Position numbers and translations under genes: made by a program. Below are positions 27,047 through 37,306 of a stretch of DNA of 64,000 nt, in pieces. The notes beneath the pieces were generated by a model, which did not search any database, was not told where the DNA came from, and saw nothing but the letters and a program-made list of their open reading frames with translations. Position 1 is the stretch's first letter. Each line of letters begins with the position of its first letter. Source of the stretch: an uncultured Lewinella sp. (GTDB lineage Bacteria; Bacteroidota; Bacteroidia; Chitinophagales; Saprospiraceae); the NCBI GenBank assembly GCA_913057725.1, contig CAJXOS010000006.1, positions 11,387 through 75,386 of the forward strand, read 5' to 3'.

Positions 27047-29506
27047 ATGAGAGCGATTAAACTGTTGTGGCTATTTATCGTAGTCCTAAGCACATCGGTA
27101 TTTGCCCAAAATCACACGCAAAACATCACTCCAGCAGAGCGCGTAAATGCCCGCCAGGCCGACTTTGCTGAAAAAGAATTAACACATCTTTTCACAACAG
27201 AAAAAAACCGTACTACCGCATTGTCTGAAGTCAAAACCTATGACTTCCTCCGTATTGACGAAGAATTACAATCCGGCTTACTTCACGAAGCACCTGCCAT
27301 CTTAAAAATGGATATCCCTGTGGGAGAAGGCAGCATCGAATTACAACTGGTCAAAATAGAGACCCCTCACCCAATTATAATTGAAAGTGCTGCTAATCAT
27401 CCGGTTTCTGTTCAGCACGCTGTACACTATCAGGGTGTTGTTGCTGGGTCGTCTAATTCCCTAGTCGCTTTCAGTTTTCTAGAAAATGAGGTAATGGGTC
27501 TCATCAGCGCCGAAGAATACGAGGGCAACTATGTTCTTGGGCGTTTGCCCGCAAACGAAGAGCGATCCGCTGCCGAACAGCCTTACGTCATCTACCAAGA
27601 TCAGGAGATCTTCAAGAATGAGCACTTTTCCTGTGCCACTCCAGATTCGGGAGAAGCTTATCTGCGCGAAGAACTCAGTGACGTGACAGAAAGCGGTCGT
27701 GATCTAAGCGATTGTGTCCAAATCTACTTCGAAGTCAACTATGACATTTTCCTTAACAAGGGAAGCGTACAAGCTACAGCGCAGTATGTAGAAGCACTCT
27801 TTAATCAGGTTGCCACTATTTATGCTGCCGAGCAAATCAACATGCGTATTTCAGAGATTTTTGTCTGGAATACACCCAGCCCGTATAATAGCAACAGTAG
27901 TGGCCAAATGCTCACGGATTTCCAAAACAATCGCACCAGTTTCAACGGTGATTTGGCTCAACTCCTTTCGTATCAGGCTAGTGGTGGTATAGCCGTGGTA
28001 AATGGACTTTGTCATCCCTATACCATTGCCAAAATGAGCTATTCTGGAATCAATAGTAGCTTTCAACAAGTACCTACGTATTCTTGGTCAGTCATGGTGG
28101 TAGCTCACGAACTCGGGCACTTACTCGGTTCTCAGCACACCCATGCGTGCGTTTGGAATGGAAACGGTACCGCAATCGACGGATGCCCAGGCTACACCGA
28201 AGGTAGCTGTGCTAACCCAGGATCACCAAGCGGAGGTGGGACCATTATGTCTTATTGCCATTTATCGCAGGTAGGTATAAATCTTAGCCGGGGTTTCGGC
28301 CCTCAACCAGGCAATTTGATCCGAAATAAAGTAGCCAACGCCACCTGTCTTTCTGCCTGTCCGGATGGTGGTGGTAATGGAGATGACAACCCGCCAGTAA
28401 CAGAGTGCGAGGACGAACAGCTTTTCATCCGATTACAGTTAGACACCTACAGCCCGGAAACCAGTTGGACCCTAACAAATGGTCAAGGAGCAGTTGTGGC
28501 GCAAGGTGGCCCGTACGGAAAAGACGTAGCCAATCAATTGGTGCTGGATACGCTTTGCCTACCGGAAGGCTGTTACAGCTTTAGGATCAACGATGCCTAT
28601 AATGATGGTATCTGTTGTGCGTATGGCAATGGTAGTTACACCTTGCTTGGGGCAGAACAAGTACTAATTGCTCAAGGTGGTGAATTTCCTTCTTCAGAGA
28701 CCGTAAGCTTCTGTTTGCCATACGAAGAAGACGGAGGAGGAGATGACTGTGAGTCGATCAATTTCAATGACTATACCATCAACTCTTATGGTATCAACCA
28801 GGATGCCGGCATTTTCGAAGTACAAGATGATGGACAAACGCTTTATCTAGCCAACAACGCCTGGAAGTCGATCGATTTTGACTATGAGGTTACCCGTAAT
28901 ACGGTTATTGCCTTCGACTTCAGATCCACTATTCAAGGAGAGATACACGGCATTGGCTTCGACAACAATGAGAGTATATCCTATGGCTACACCTTTAAAG
29001 TACACGGCACACAAAATTGGGGCCTAGCAAACTATGACAACTACACTGGGAATGCCAGCTGGCAGTCGTACGAAATTCCCGTTGGAGAATTTTATGTGGG
29101 CTTAGCTGATCGTTTATTCTTCGCTACTGATCAAGATGGTGGTGCGCGTAACGGAAATTCGTGGTTCCGCAACGTTCGCATCTATGAGGGAACAGATTGC
29201 CAGACCGGCAACTTGATCGGTGATAGTAGCGCAGCACTGGAGATTGCTCCTGGCATGGAGTTCAACATCGCCCCGAATCCAGTAGTGAATGATCAGTTCC
29301 AGCTCCGTATTGAGGCCGATCGAGAAGGACAAGCCAGCTGGCAAATTTTATCCTTGACCGGACAGGTGCTTAGAGAACAACAGGTACAACTTGCAGGCAG
29401 TGTTTTCCAGGAGAACATATCTACTGTTGGCCTGGCACGCGGCACCTATCTGCTACGATGGCGAGATGAACAGAGCGAGCAAACGCGACGCTTTACCGTA
29501 CAATAA
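27047..29506 (+). CDS. Secreted M12 (reprolysin-like) zinc metallopeptidase with accessory domains and T9SS type A CTD
   Basis: HELGHLLGSQH zinc motif, TIMSY Met-turn, DGICC domain, APNP...LARGTYLL CTD. Confidence 0.9.
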   Translation: MRAIKLLWLFIVVLSTSVFAQNHTQNITPAERVNARQADFAEKELTHLFTTEKNRTTALSEVKTYDFLRIDEELQSGLLHEAPAILKMDIPVGEGSIELQLVKIETPHPIIIESAANHPVSVQHAVHYQGVVAGSSNSLVAFSFLENEVMGLISAEEYEGNYVLGRLPANEERSAAEQPYVIYQDQEIFKNEHFSCATPDSGEAYLREELSDVTESGRDLSDCVQIYFEVNYDIFLNKGSVQATAQYVEALFNQVATIYAAEQINMRISEIFVWNTPSPYNSNSSGQMLTDFQNNRTSFNGDLAQLLSYQASGGIAVVNGLCHPYTIAKMSYSGINSSFQQVPTYSWSVMVVAHELGHLLGSQHTHACVWNGNGTAIDGCPGYTEGSCANPGSPSGGGTIMSYCHLSQVGINLSRGFGPQPGNLIRNKVANATCLSACPDGGGNGDDNPPVTECEDEQLFIRLQLDTYSPETSWTLTNGQGAVVAQGGPYGKDVANQLVLDTLCLPEGCYSFRINDAYNDGICCAYGNGSYTLLGAEQVLIAQGGEFPSSETVSFCLPYEEDGGGDDCESINFNDYTINSYGINQDAGIFEVQDDGQTLYLANNAWKSIDFDYEVTRNTVIAFDFRSTIQGEIHGIGFDNNESISYGYTFKVHGTQNWGLANYDNYTGNASWQSYEIPVGEFYVGLADRLFFATDQDGGARNGNSWFRNVRIYEGTDCQTGNLIGDSSAALEIAPGMEFNIAPNPVVNDQFQLRIEADREGQASWQILSLTGQVLREQQVQLAGSVFQENISTVGLARGTYLLRWRDEQSEQTRRFTVQ

Positions 29507-29578
29507 GAAATAGCCTGAGCTTACTTACAACAGTAATATGAGGCACTAAGAAGTATGCATAATACGCGAATCCTTGTG

Positions 29579-29611
29579 GAAGGCCCTACCTCGGTAGGGT
29601 CTTCTTTTTTA
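29579..29611 (+). terminator. Intrinsic terminator
   Basis: GAAGGCCCTAC/GTAGGGTCTTC stem plus T run. Confidence 0.8.
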
Positions 29612-29626
29612 TACCACTTGAGAAAG

Positions 29627-30421
29627 TTAGCGCATCATTAGCTCCAAAATCTCCTTAGCTAATTTAGCCGCTAGGGCAGCCGTAATTCCATGATGATCAC
29701 GGTGTGGGTTGTATTCTACAATATCCGCACCGATGATGGGCACTTTGATATTGTGTAGGATTCGCATCACTTCTCTTACGCTCAAGCCTCCCGGTTCATG
29801 ATGAGAAACACCAGGTGCAAAGGCCGGGTCGATACCATCAATATCAAAACTGATATAGAGCGGACGAGTAAAATGGAGCTCTTGGATCTTTTCCTCAAAG
29901 TGCATCATCTCAATCTGCTCCACGCCAAATTTATCCGCCTGCTGACGCTGGTGAGGGTTAAGCGTGCGGATACCCACTTGCACAAGACGGTCACATAGCC
30001 CTTCTTCCATAACTCTCGCAAAGGGGCAGGCATGCGAGTAGCTATTACCCATGAAGTTATCGTAGAGGTCTCCATGCGCATCAATTTGCAATACCGTAAA
30101 ATCAGAATAATGCCGACGATGGGCTTGCAGCAACGGATAACTAATGGAGTGATCGCCACCTATGGTGAGCAACCTGGAGCCTTGGCGAATAGCACCATCA
30201 GCAGCATCTGCAATGCCTAAATAGGAGGAAAACTGCAGATCGCCGATATCAGAAAAATTATCGTTCTCGATAGGATTAAAACCTCTTTCGGTCCAATAAT
30301 TACCCGAACCATTGTGCAGGCATTCACGTACTCGAGTAGGGGCAAGGGCAGGCCCAGTCATAAAGCTGGAATGTGCATCAAAAGGAACACTACACAAAGC
30401 AACGTTAGCAGGTAGATTCAT
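29627..30421 (-). CDS. speB: Agmatinase (arginase family)
   Basis: GGDHSIS, DAHGD, SHACPF, SFDIDGIDPAFAPG. Confidence 0.85.
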   Translation of the reverse strand: MNLPANVALCSVPFDAHSSFMTGPALAPTRVRECLHNGSGNYWTERGFNPIENDNFSDIGDLQFSSYLGIADAADGAIRQGSRLLTIGGDHSISYPLLQAHRRHYSDFTVLQIDAHGDLYDNFMGNSYSHACPFARVMEEGLCDRLVQVGIRTLNPHQRQQADKFGVEQIEMMHFEEKIQELHFTRPLYISFDIDGIDPAFAPGVSHHEPGGLSVREVMRILHNIKVPIIGADIVEYNPHRDHHGITAALAAKLAKEILELMMR

Positions 30422-30580
30422 AATGGAAGAAGCTATTCGAGTTTTTGTATTTCTTGTTTTCGTTGGGCTATGAAGAAGACTAAACCTCTTCTGCCCTCAC
30501 CAACGAATTTAACAATTAATTCCCAGCCAGTTCTCGCTATCTTTGATCTGCCAAAGCCAATTCAAGAAAGCAATCTTCTT

Positions 30581-31741
30581 ATGCCCGCTACTACCTTTAA
30601 TTCCAAGTTACCCAGCACTGCTACCAGTATTTTTTCCGTTATGTCCGCCTTGGCTCGAGAACACCAAGCCATCAACCTTTCCCAAGGGTTCCCCAACTAT
30701 GATCCTCCGGCGGCCTTACGTGCGTTAGTTAGTGAACACATGGAGAAAGGGCACAACCAATATGCCCCCATGCCGGGCCTCCCCCAACTTCGAGAAGTAC
30801 TTGCCAGCAAACACCTGGAAAGCAGTGGCCTGGCAGTAAATCCTGGCACCCAAATCACGGTAACTTCTGGCGCAACTGAAGCACTTTATGTAGCCATTAC
30901 TACCGTGGTCAGACCAGGAGATGAGGTGATTCTTTTGGAACCGGCTTATGATAGCTATAGCACCGTAGTGGAACTCTGTGGAGGGACCGTTGTTCCTTAT
31001 CAACTAAAGTATCCAGACTATAGCGTTGATTGGGCTGAATTTGCTGAACATATCACTGATAAGACACGCCTGATTATCATCAACAACCCGCATAACCCAA
31101 CCGGTACAATTTGGTCCAAATCAGATTGGGAGCAATTGGAGCAGTTGGTACAAGATCGCGATTTGTATGTCATCAGCGACGAGGTCTATGAGCAACTTGT
31201 TTATGATGGTCAGCGACACTACAGCCTCCTCGATTTTCCAAAATTATTCCAACGCGGATTTGCTACTTATTCCTTTGGCAAGACCTTCCACTCTACTGGC
31301 TGGAAGGTGGGGTATTGCATTGCACCAGGTTATCTCACAAGTGAGTTCCGTAAAATTCACCAGTTTACTGTCTTTTCGGTGAATACACCCGTACAATTTG
31401 CCCTTGCTGATTATCTGCAAGATCCCGAAACCTATGGCGGCCTCAGCTCTTTTTATCAAGCTAAGCGCGACTACTTACTGAACCAGCTAGCAGGTTGTGC
31501 CCTGCGCCCAGTTCCGTGCGCGGGGACTTATTTCCAACTGTACGATTACAGTGCTATTTCTAAAGATTCAGATGTGGATTTTGCGCGTTGGCTCACCAAA
31601 GAAATTGGGGTTGCAGTAATTCCCGTTTCTGCTTTCCGATCGGTGGAAAGTGACGAGCGTGTAGTGCGCATCTGTTTCGCTAAAACCGAGGAAGTACTAG
31701 CTGCAGCCGGTTCGACCCTACGAGAAAAGCTGCCAGCTTAG
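30581..31741 (+). CDS. ybdL: Methionine aminotransferase (class I/II PLP aminotransferase, YbdL-like)
   Basis: SKLP...SIFSVMSALA, INLSQGFP, SDEVYE, SFGKTFHSTGWKVGY. ATG 30581 preferred. Confidence 0.85.
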   Translation: MPATTFNSKLPSTATSIFSVMSALAREHQAINLSQGFPNYDPPAALRALVSEHMEKGHNQYAPMPGLPQLREVLASKHLESSGLAVNPGTQITVTSGATEALYVAITTVVRPGDEVILLEPAYDSYSTVVELCGGTVVPYQLKYPDYSVDWAEFAEHITDKTRLIIINNPHNPTGTIWSKSDWEQLEQLVQDRDLYVISDEVYEQLVYDGQRHYSLLDFPKLFQRGFATYSFGKTFHSTGWKVGYCIAPGYLTSEFRKIHQFTVFSVNTPVQFALADYLQDPETYGGLSSFYQAKRDYLLNQLAGCALRPVPCAGTYFQLYDYSAISKDSDVDFARWLTKEIGVAVIPVSAFRSVESDERVVRICFAKTEEVLAAAGSTLREKLPA

Positions 31742-31756
31742 GCGGAGACTAACTGG

Positions 31757-32263
31757 CTAATCCTCGTTGAGCGTATTCAAGTCGAAGTCGTCATATAAAC
31801 CAATTTGCTGGTCATTTTTCAACTTCACCAAATAGGCAATCTGGCCAGTGTGGTAGGAGAGATGTTCTACCGCATGGAGCACTACCCCCAGGCCAGAAAA
31901 GGAAAAACCTTGTACCATACGTACTCGCAACAACTCCTCCTCTGAGCAGTTATTGACCACCTCACTGGCTTGATCAATCGTTGTACTGATAAGCTCTAGC
32001 AACTCCGCCTTATTATGACTATTCCTAGCGCTAAACTCCAAGTCTCGTTGCCGCTGATCTGGTTGTTGACCCAGAGAGGATAGCACGTACTGCCCGATGT
32101 TTCCACAGAGGTGTAGGATAATCGTACCTACACTATTTGAAGACTCATTGGGCTGCCACCACATATCGCGATCGTCTAGCTGTCGAAAACATTTCGCAAT
32201 GTGCTCTTTCTTCTCTTGTAATCGAAAAACAGACTGCTCCTTAAATTGTGTGGTGACCGTCAT
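31757..32263 (-). CDS. DinB family protein (DUF1572)
   Basis: SNSVGTIILHLCGN, RQRDLEF, EHLSYHTGQI. Confidence 0.85.
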   Translation of the reverse strand: MTVTTQFKEQSVFRLQEKKEHIAKCFRQLDDRDMWWQPNESSNSVGTIILHLCGNIGQYVLSSLGQQPDQRQRDLEFSARNSHNKAELLELISTTIDQASEVVNNCSEEELLRVRMVQGFSFSGLGVVLHAVEHLSYHTGQIAYLVKLKNDQQIGLYDDFDLNTLNED

Positions 32264-32292
32264 AGCAACAGTTTTTTGTCTACAAAAATGAA

Positions 32293-32328
32293 CGACCAGC
32301 TATTGGTACACTATCCAACAGCTGGTCG
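32293..32328 (-). terminator. Hairpin between the aldo/keto reductase and DinB genes
   Basis: CGACCAGCT/AGCTGGTCG stem followed by TTCATTTTT on the minus strand. Confidence 0.6.
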
Positions 32329-32371
32329 CTAAGTTAACATAGAATGCGGTGCTTCTACGTACAGGATCAGA

Positions 32372-33418
32372 TTAGGTATTTACCAATGGGTGCTTATTCC
32401 CTTTAATCTGTTGCACCATACCTCCGTAGATCATTTTCTGTGCACCAGGTCGCGTGACAAAGTCATGTGGGAACCCAAGATCTATTCGGCTCACTTCATC
32501 CAACTTTGCCATTTGCGCCTCATTAAGGCCTACCTCTAAAGAGCCTAAGTTGTCTTTCAATTGATCCAGTGTTCGTGCACCAATGATGGGGATATGCCCC
32601 TGCGCAGTAATCCAGGCCAGGGCCACTTGAGGTGCAGATGCTCCAATCTCTTCTGCAACTTCCATCACCGCAGCCGCAATGGCGTAGTTTCGATCATTTA
32701 GACGGTAAGATGTTGTACCCTCCATGCGTCCGCCAGATCCTTCTCCTCGGTTCTTATTGTACTTACCGGTAAGGATGCCGGCTGCCAGTGGGCTCCACGC
32801 TACTACGCCTAGACCCAATTCATTACTCATAGGAAGAAGTTCACGCTCTGGTGTACGTTCTGTCAGGTTGTACTCCAGTTGATTCCCGATAAAACGAGAC
32901 CAACCGCGGAACTCCGCAATGGTGTTAGCTCGGGCAATAGTCCAGGCCGGGGCATCACTTATACCTACGTAGAGAATTTTTCCTTGAGTAACCAAATCAT
33001 CCAGTGCTCGCATCATTTCCTCGATGGGCGTCAAGTAATCATAAGCGTGCACCCAAAGGAGGTCGATATAATCCGTATTTAGTCTGCGAAGACTCTTCTC
33101 CACAGATTGCACCAGGTTTTTGCGGTGGTTACCACTGTTATTGGGGTTATGCGTCGTATTTGACAAGGTGTACTTGGTAGCCAGTACTACATGATCGCGA
33201 TCAGCAGAAATGAGGTCAGCCAAGATGCGTTCACTACTACCTTCGGTATACACGTCGGCAGTATCAATGAAGTTGCCTCCTGCCTCCAGGAAGGTATCGT
33301 AAATCTCTTTTGCGGTAGCAGCATCAGATCCCCAGCCCCAGTCCTTGCCGAAGGTCATAGTGCCTAAGCATAATGGGGAAACACGTAGGCCAGAGCGGCC
33401 GAATAGTTGGTATTGCAT
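32372..33418 (-). CDS. Aldo/keto reductase
   Basis: GRSGLRVSPLCLGTMTFG, FIDTADVY, LATKY, SLRRLNTDYIDL, WSPLAAG. Confidence 0.93.
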   Translation of the reverse strand: MQYQLFGRSGLRVSPLCLGTMTFGKDWGWGSDAATAKEIYDTFLEAGGNFIDTADVYTEGSSERILADLISADRDHVVLATKYTLSNTTHNPNNSGNHRKNLVQSVEKSLRRLNTDYIDLLWVHAYDYLTPIEEMMRALDDLVTQGKILYVGISDAPAWTIARANTIAEFRGWSRFIGNQLEYNLTERTPERELLPMSNELGLGVVAWSPLAAGILTGKYNKNRGEGSGGRMEGTTSYRLNDRNYAIAAAVMEVAEEIGASAPQVALAWITAQGHIPIIGARTLDQLKDNLGSLEVGLNEAQMAKLDEVSRIDLGFPHDFVTRPGAQKMIYGGMVQQIKGNKHPLVNT

Positions 33419-33505
33419 GAATGGATGTATTAGGTCATGAAGTAGACCATTAATACAAGCCTGGGAGGATAAATGTTTGCACTTATCTCATTGCACTGTC
33501 TAAAA

Positions 33506-34030
33506 TTACACTTGGCTCCGAAGTTGAGGCTCGCGATAAGCCTGGGCCACCATACTCTTGACAATCATACGATGAAAAGGCGCCACGATAGCCATATACA
33601 CCTTTCCCAAACGGTTATGAAAATGCACCAGAGTGGTCACTTTGATGTTATGCTCGGCCGCATCCGTCTTATGAACACTTAACCGAAAATCAAGATGAGA
33701 ATCATCTCCGCCCAGAATCACCTCATCGGGCAACAGTTCGTAAATCTGGAAGAAACCCACGTATCCACCAACAGCAAAACGATCGTTGTGATCCGCAGGA
33801 ATATCTGTTTTGAGCCCTAGTGTTTTCACCAACCAGTTTCGCAGCTGGAACAGATAGACGATCCAGCGTTGCTTGGTTGTCAGAATGGTCTGTACTATTT
33901 CCTGTAGGCTATGCTCATGATTTGTCGTTGAGAAGGTATCCGCAAAATCAACCGATTGGCCGATATGACGACTGGCTGCTTCCGTAATGTGTACTTCTGT
34001 TTCTTGTTTGCTTCGGGTGGTCATTTTCAT
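33506..34030 (-). CDS. DUF2867 domain protein
   Basis: FADTF, LRNWLVK, GDDSHLDFR, GKVYMAIVAPFH. Confidence 0.82.
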   Translation of the reverse strand: MKMTTRSKQETEVHITEAASRHIGQSVDFADTFSTTNHEHSLQEIVQTILTTKQRWIVYLFQLRNWLVKTLGLKTDIPADHNDRFAVGGYVGFFQIYELLPDEVILGGDDSHLDFRLSVHKTDAAEHNIKVTTLVHFHNRLGKVYMAIVAPFHRMIVKSMVAQAYREPQLRSQV

Positions 34031-34059
34031 GCGTTAATTAGGTAAAACAACTGGAGTTA

Positions 34060-34398
34060 TCACAAGTCCCAAAATGAACGTGGGCGACGCAAGACAATTC
34101 GATAATCTCTGATCGTATGCCAACCATAGGCTAAAGCGCAACCTAAGATCAGAAAGATGCCATAGGTGTGAAGAATAGCTAAAGTCAATAAAATTGGAGC
34201 CAACCACAGATAAGGCCGGCGGCTATGGTGGCGATAGTCTAGCCACAACTCTAGTGCACTACCTGTTTGCCACAACCACAGGAGCCAAACACCTACCAGG
34301 CTCAGGACGTAGCCACCGAGCAACCAGCTCAATGTACTTAACACCCCTAAGGCGAGCTGCACCCAGCTATCGATTTGCAGACGAAGGATACTAATCAT
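34060..34398 (-). CDS. Hypothetical membrane protein
   Basis: 3-4 TM helices; D..VQ and WQ..SAL pattern shared with the upstream gene. Confidence 0.7.
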   Translation of the reverse strand: MISILRLQIDSWVQLALGVLSTLSWLLGGYVLSLVGVWLLWLWQTGSALELWLDYRHHSRRPYLWLAPILLTLAILHTYGIFLILGCALAYGWHTIRDYRIVLRRPRSFWDL

Positions 34399-34403
34399 AG
34401 ATT

Positions 34404-34847
34404 TTAACTTCTATACTTGGCCTCACGGCACAATAGCGTGAAATAAAACGCCCCACTTAAAGGCAGTACGATTAGGAAGATCGTAGCAAGCACCATTTCG
34501 TTCTGGCCATTGATATGAGGATCAAAAACCGTAACTACTGTACACAGAACTATGAGATAAGCGATGGCCGCTACAAAGTAATATAGCTTCAAACGATTGC
34601 CTCGAATAGCTCCAATCAATGCACTAAGTAACTGGTATCCGCCCACAACTAAGTTCCATAGTAGTAAGATAAACATTGCTCCCCCTGGCTCGAAGAATGC
34701 ACCTAATGCGATCAAACCTGCTACGATCAGCAGGAATTGGTTGATGTGGAAATCCAGGCTACTTGCCGCTGAATAATCAGGGCCTGCATTTAATTGTCTC
34801 TCGGGTACTCTTAAAGGAGCATCCAGTAATTCTCTTTGTTCGTTCAT
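34404..34847 (-). CDS. Hypothetical membrane protein
   Basis: 4 TM helices, YQLLSAL; ATG 34847 preferred over 34874. Confidence 0.7.
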   Translation of the reverse strand: MNEQRELLDAPLRVPERQLNAGPDYSAASSLDFHINQFLLIVAGLIALGAFFEPGGAMFILLLWNLVVGGYQLLSALIGAIRGNRLKLYYFVAAIAYLIVLCTVVTVFDPHINGQNEMVLATIFLIVLPLSGAFYFTLLCREAKYRS

Positions 34848-35040
34848 GGTCGTATAAGGCTGGTGATGATTCAAAGATAAGGGTAATAAATTAAACTTTC
34901 AATATTTACTGAAAATAATGATAGATTAAATTACCCTTTGTTATACATGTTTGTTCCTCTCTTGTTTAATAAGCTAACCAGGTGCGCACTTTTTTCTCTT
35001 TTTGATGTTATACCTTTGCAAGCCATATCTTCAAAGTACT

Positions 35041-35628
35041 ATGTCAAACATACCTTCTCCCGAGGCTGTACGCAGTCTGCTGCGCAACCGGAGTTCTATT
35101 TTCCCAGCCATGTACACAGACGAACCGGTTGATGATGCCATCATCCAGGATATGCTGGAAAATGCCAACTGGGCTCCCAACCACAAGAAGACGGAGCCTT
35201 GGCGCTTTAAGGTTATTAAGGGCAATGCCCGCAACCGCTTAGCGGAAGTGTTATCGTCAACCTATAAGTCCATCACTTCTACGGAGTCTTTTTCAGAGAA
35301 GAAGTTCAATAAGCTTTCGAAGATCCCTATGCGGGCTGGAGCGATTATTGCGATCTGCATGCAACGCGATCCGAACGAATCGCTACCGGAATGGGAAGAA
35401 CTAGCTGCCGTATCCATGGCTGTTCAGAACATGTGGCTCACTGCGACGTCTTATGGCCTCGGCGGGTATTGGTCTTCTCCTGGTCTGATCAAGCACCTCG
35501 GCGAATTCCTAGGACTAGAAGAAGGTGAACGCTGTTTGGGTCTCTTTTACCTCGCTCACCACAATGCACCAGAAATCCCTCGCGAACGTGGGGCGATTGA
35601 AGAAAAAGTAGAGTGGTTAAACGACTAG
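35041..35628 (+). CDS. Nitroreductase family protein (YdjA-like)
   Basis: RSSIFP, ANWAPNHKKTEPWRF, AVQNMWL, GYWSS; -7 element TACCTTTG at 35011. Confidence 0.9.
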   Translation: MSNIPSPEAVRSLLRNRSSIFPAMYTDEPVDDAIIQDMLENANWAPNHKKTEPWRFKVIKGNARNRLAEVLSSTYKSITSTESFSEKKFNKLSKIPMRAGAIIAICMQRDPNESLPEWEELAAVSMAVQNMWLTATSYGLGGYWSSPGLIKHLGEFLGLEEGERCLGLFYLAHHNAPEIPRERGAIEEKVEWLND

Positions 35629-35635
35629 TCTAGCC

Positions 35636-36385
35636 CTAATTTGGCTTTTGATAGATAGGAGAATCCCCCAAACCAAGTTTGTGGAAGAAATGGCTAATGG
35701 AAACACGCAATACACCTAAGCCATACTTAGCGCTGCGCTGAAAATTGATGGAAGACGCTTCCTCAAAATATTTGGTAGGACAAGTGACCTCGGCAATATG
35801 AAAGCCGTGGTAAATGATTTGCGAGAGCATCTCATTATCGAATACAAAATCATCAGAATTGGCATTGAAGTTAATACCTTCTAACACATCGCGGCTGAAA
35901 GCTCGATAGCCTGTGTGGTATTCGGAGAGCTTGTAATTGACTAAGATATTCTGGGTAAGCGTAAGAAAACGATTGGCAATGTATTTATACAAGGGCATTC
36001 CTCCCGCTAGAGCTCCTTTACCCAAAATCCTGGACCCCAGTACTACCGGATAAAGCTCATCTCCAATGATATTGACCATCGCCGGAATAAGCTTAGGGGT
36101 GTACTGATAGTCGGGGTGCAGCATGATCACGATATCTCCGCCCAATTCCAGCGCTTTGTTGTACAAAGACTTCTGATTACCACCGTACCCCTTGTTCTTC
36201 TCGTGAACAATGATGTGATTAATACCCAATTCCTTTGCCAAAGCCGAAGTGTTGTCCTGGCTGGCATCATCACACAAAATCACCTCGTCCACTAAATCGA
36301 AGGGAATCTCCCGGTAGGTTTTCTCCAAGGTCAGGGCCGCATTGTAAGCAGGAAGTACGGCAATCACTTTTTTCCCTTTGTACAT
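35636..36385 (-). CDS. Glycosyltransferase family 2 (DPM1-like)
   Basis: VLPAYNA, DDASQD, NKGYGGNQK, HPDYQY, SEYHTGYRAF. Confidence 0.92.
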   Translation of the reverse strand: MYKGKKVIAVLPAYNAALTLEKTYREIPFDLVDEVILCDDASQDNTSALAKELGINHIIVHEKNKGYGGNQKSLYNKALELGGDIVIMLHPDYQYTPKLIPAMVNIIGDELYPVVLGSRILGKGALAGGMPLYKYIANRFLTLTQNILVNYKLSEYHTGYRAFSRDVLEGINFNANSDDFVFDNEMLSQIIYHGFHIAEVTCPTKYFEEASSINFQRSAKYGLGVLRVSISHFFHKLGLGDSPIYQKPN

Positions 36386-36464
36386 CTGTGGTGAGTGGTT
36401 GTTTTATGACCGCAAATATAGCGGGAAGAATCGGATTGCAAGTAGCCGTGATCACTTGCTAACC

Positions 36465-37238
36465 TTACTCGCACAACGGCCGAATCGTTTTCCGAAGTTC
36501 ACCAATATCTTTATTGCCGAAGTAAATAGATCGCTTAAACGTTTTGTATCGATCACTCGCTGTCGAATTGTTCTCCAGATAGTAAGTCCAATTCTGGATA
36601 TGCTGTCCAAATCCCTTATAAATTGTCAGTAGATCGATACTCTTTTCATAACTCGATCTTGCCTCTGTTGAAGCAAAACAGAGGCCTGTACCCAGCAACT
36701 GGAAGAAGCTTTTGTGTTGATAGTCTAGGATATGAACAAACTCATGTGCCAACATTCCAATCTGGCCACTTACAGGAATGTCAGCAAAGAAAACACCATC
36801 AAATGCGCGGTTACTATTGACGAATATATTGTAGGATCGTTGCTTACGATTATTCAAAAGACTTGAGACAGTGGGACGTACCTGCAGCGTAGTACTAAGC
36901 GCTTCAAAAACGAAATACAGTCTACTTGTCTGTAGTTCTGGAAAATAGGATAGGGTGTAGAAAAACACATCTTGGAATGCCTCCGGCACATCATAGGTCA
37001 ATTGAAAATCCTTTTTGGCAGCTTGAATTCTTGCCACACTTTCCGTCGACTGAATATCGATCACTAGGGGTGGACAGGGAGTTGGTTGTGCTGCGATCGC
37101 CTTACGTACTCTTTCTACTTGGATCAAATCAGCATCTTTTTGCCAGAGAGACGTGCAAACAAGCAAAACCAATGCAGATAGTGCAAAAATCACAAGACGA
37201 AGGAGCCTTTTTCTATTGACTAACCGGCGTAAAAACAT
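36465..37238 (-). CDS. Hypothetical exported protein with HExxH zincin motif
   Basis: N-terminal TM; GMLAHEFVHILDY followed by a downstream E..D. Confidence 0.65.
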   Translation of the reverse strand: MFLRRLVNRKRLLRLVIFALSALVLLVCTSLWQKDADLIQVERVRKAIAAQPTPCPPLVIDIQSTESVARIQAAKKDFQLTYDVPEAFQDVFFYTLSYFPELQTSRLYFVFEALSTTLQVRPTVSSLLNNRKQRSYNIFVNSNRAFDGVFFADIPVSGQIGMLAHEFVHILDYQHKSFFQLLGTGLCFASTEARSSYEKSIDLLTIYKGFGQHIQNWTYYLENNSTASDRYKTFKRSIYFGNKDIGELRKTIRPLCE

Positions 37239-37306
37239 GATATTGCCATGGTAATTTTCTGAAGAACTTCTTAAACAATCAAATTGTCCGACAAGTATTA
37301 AATATA

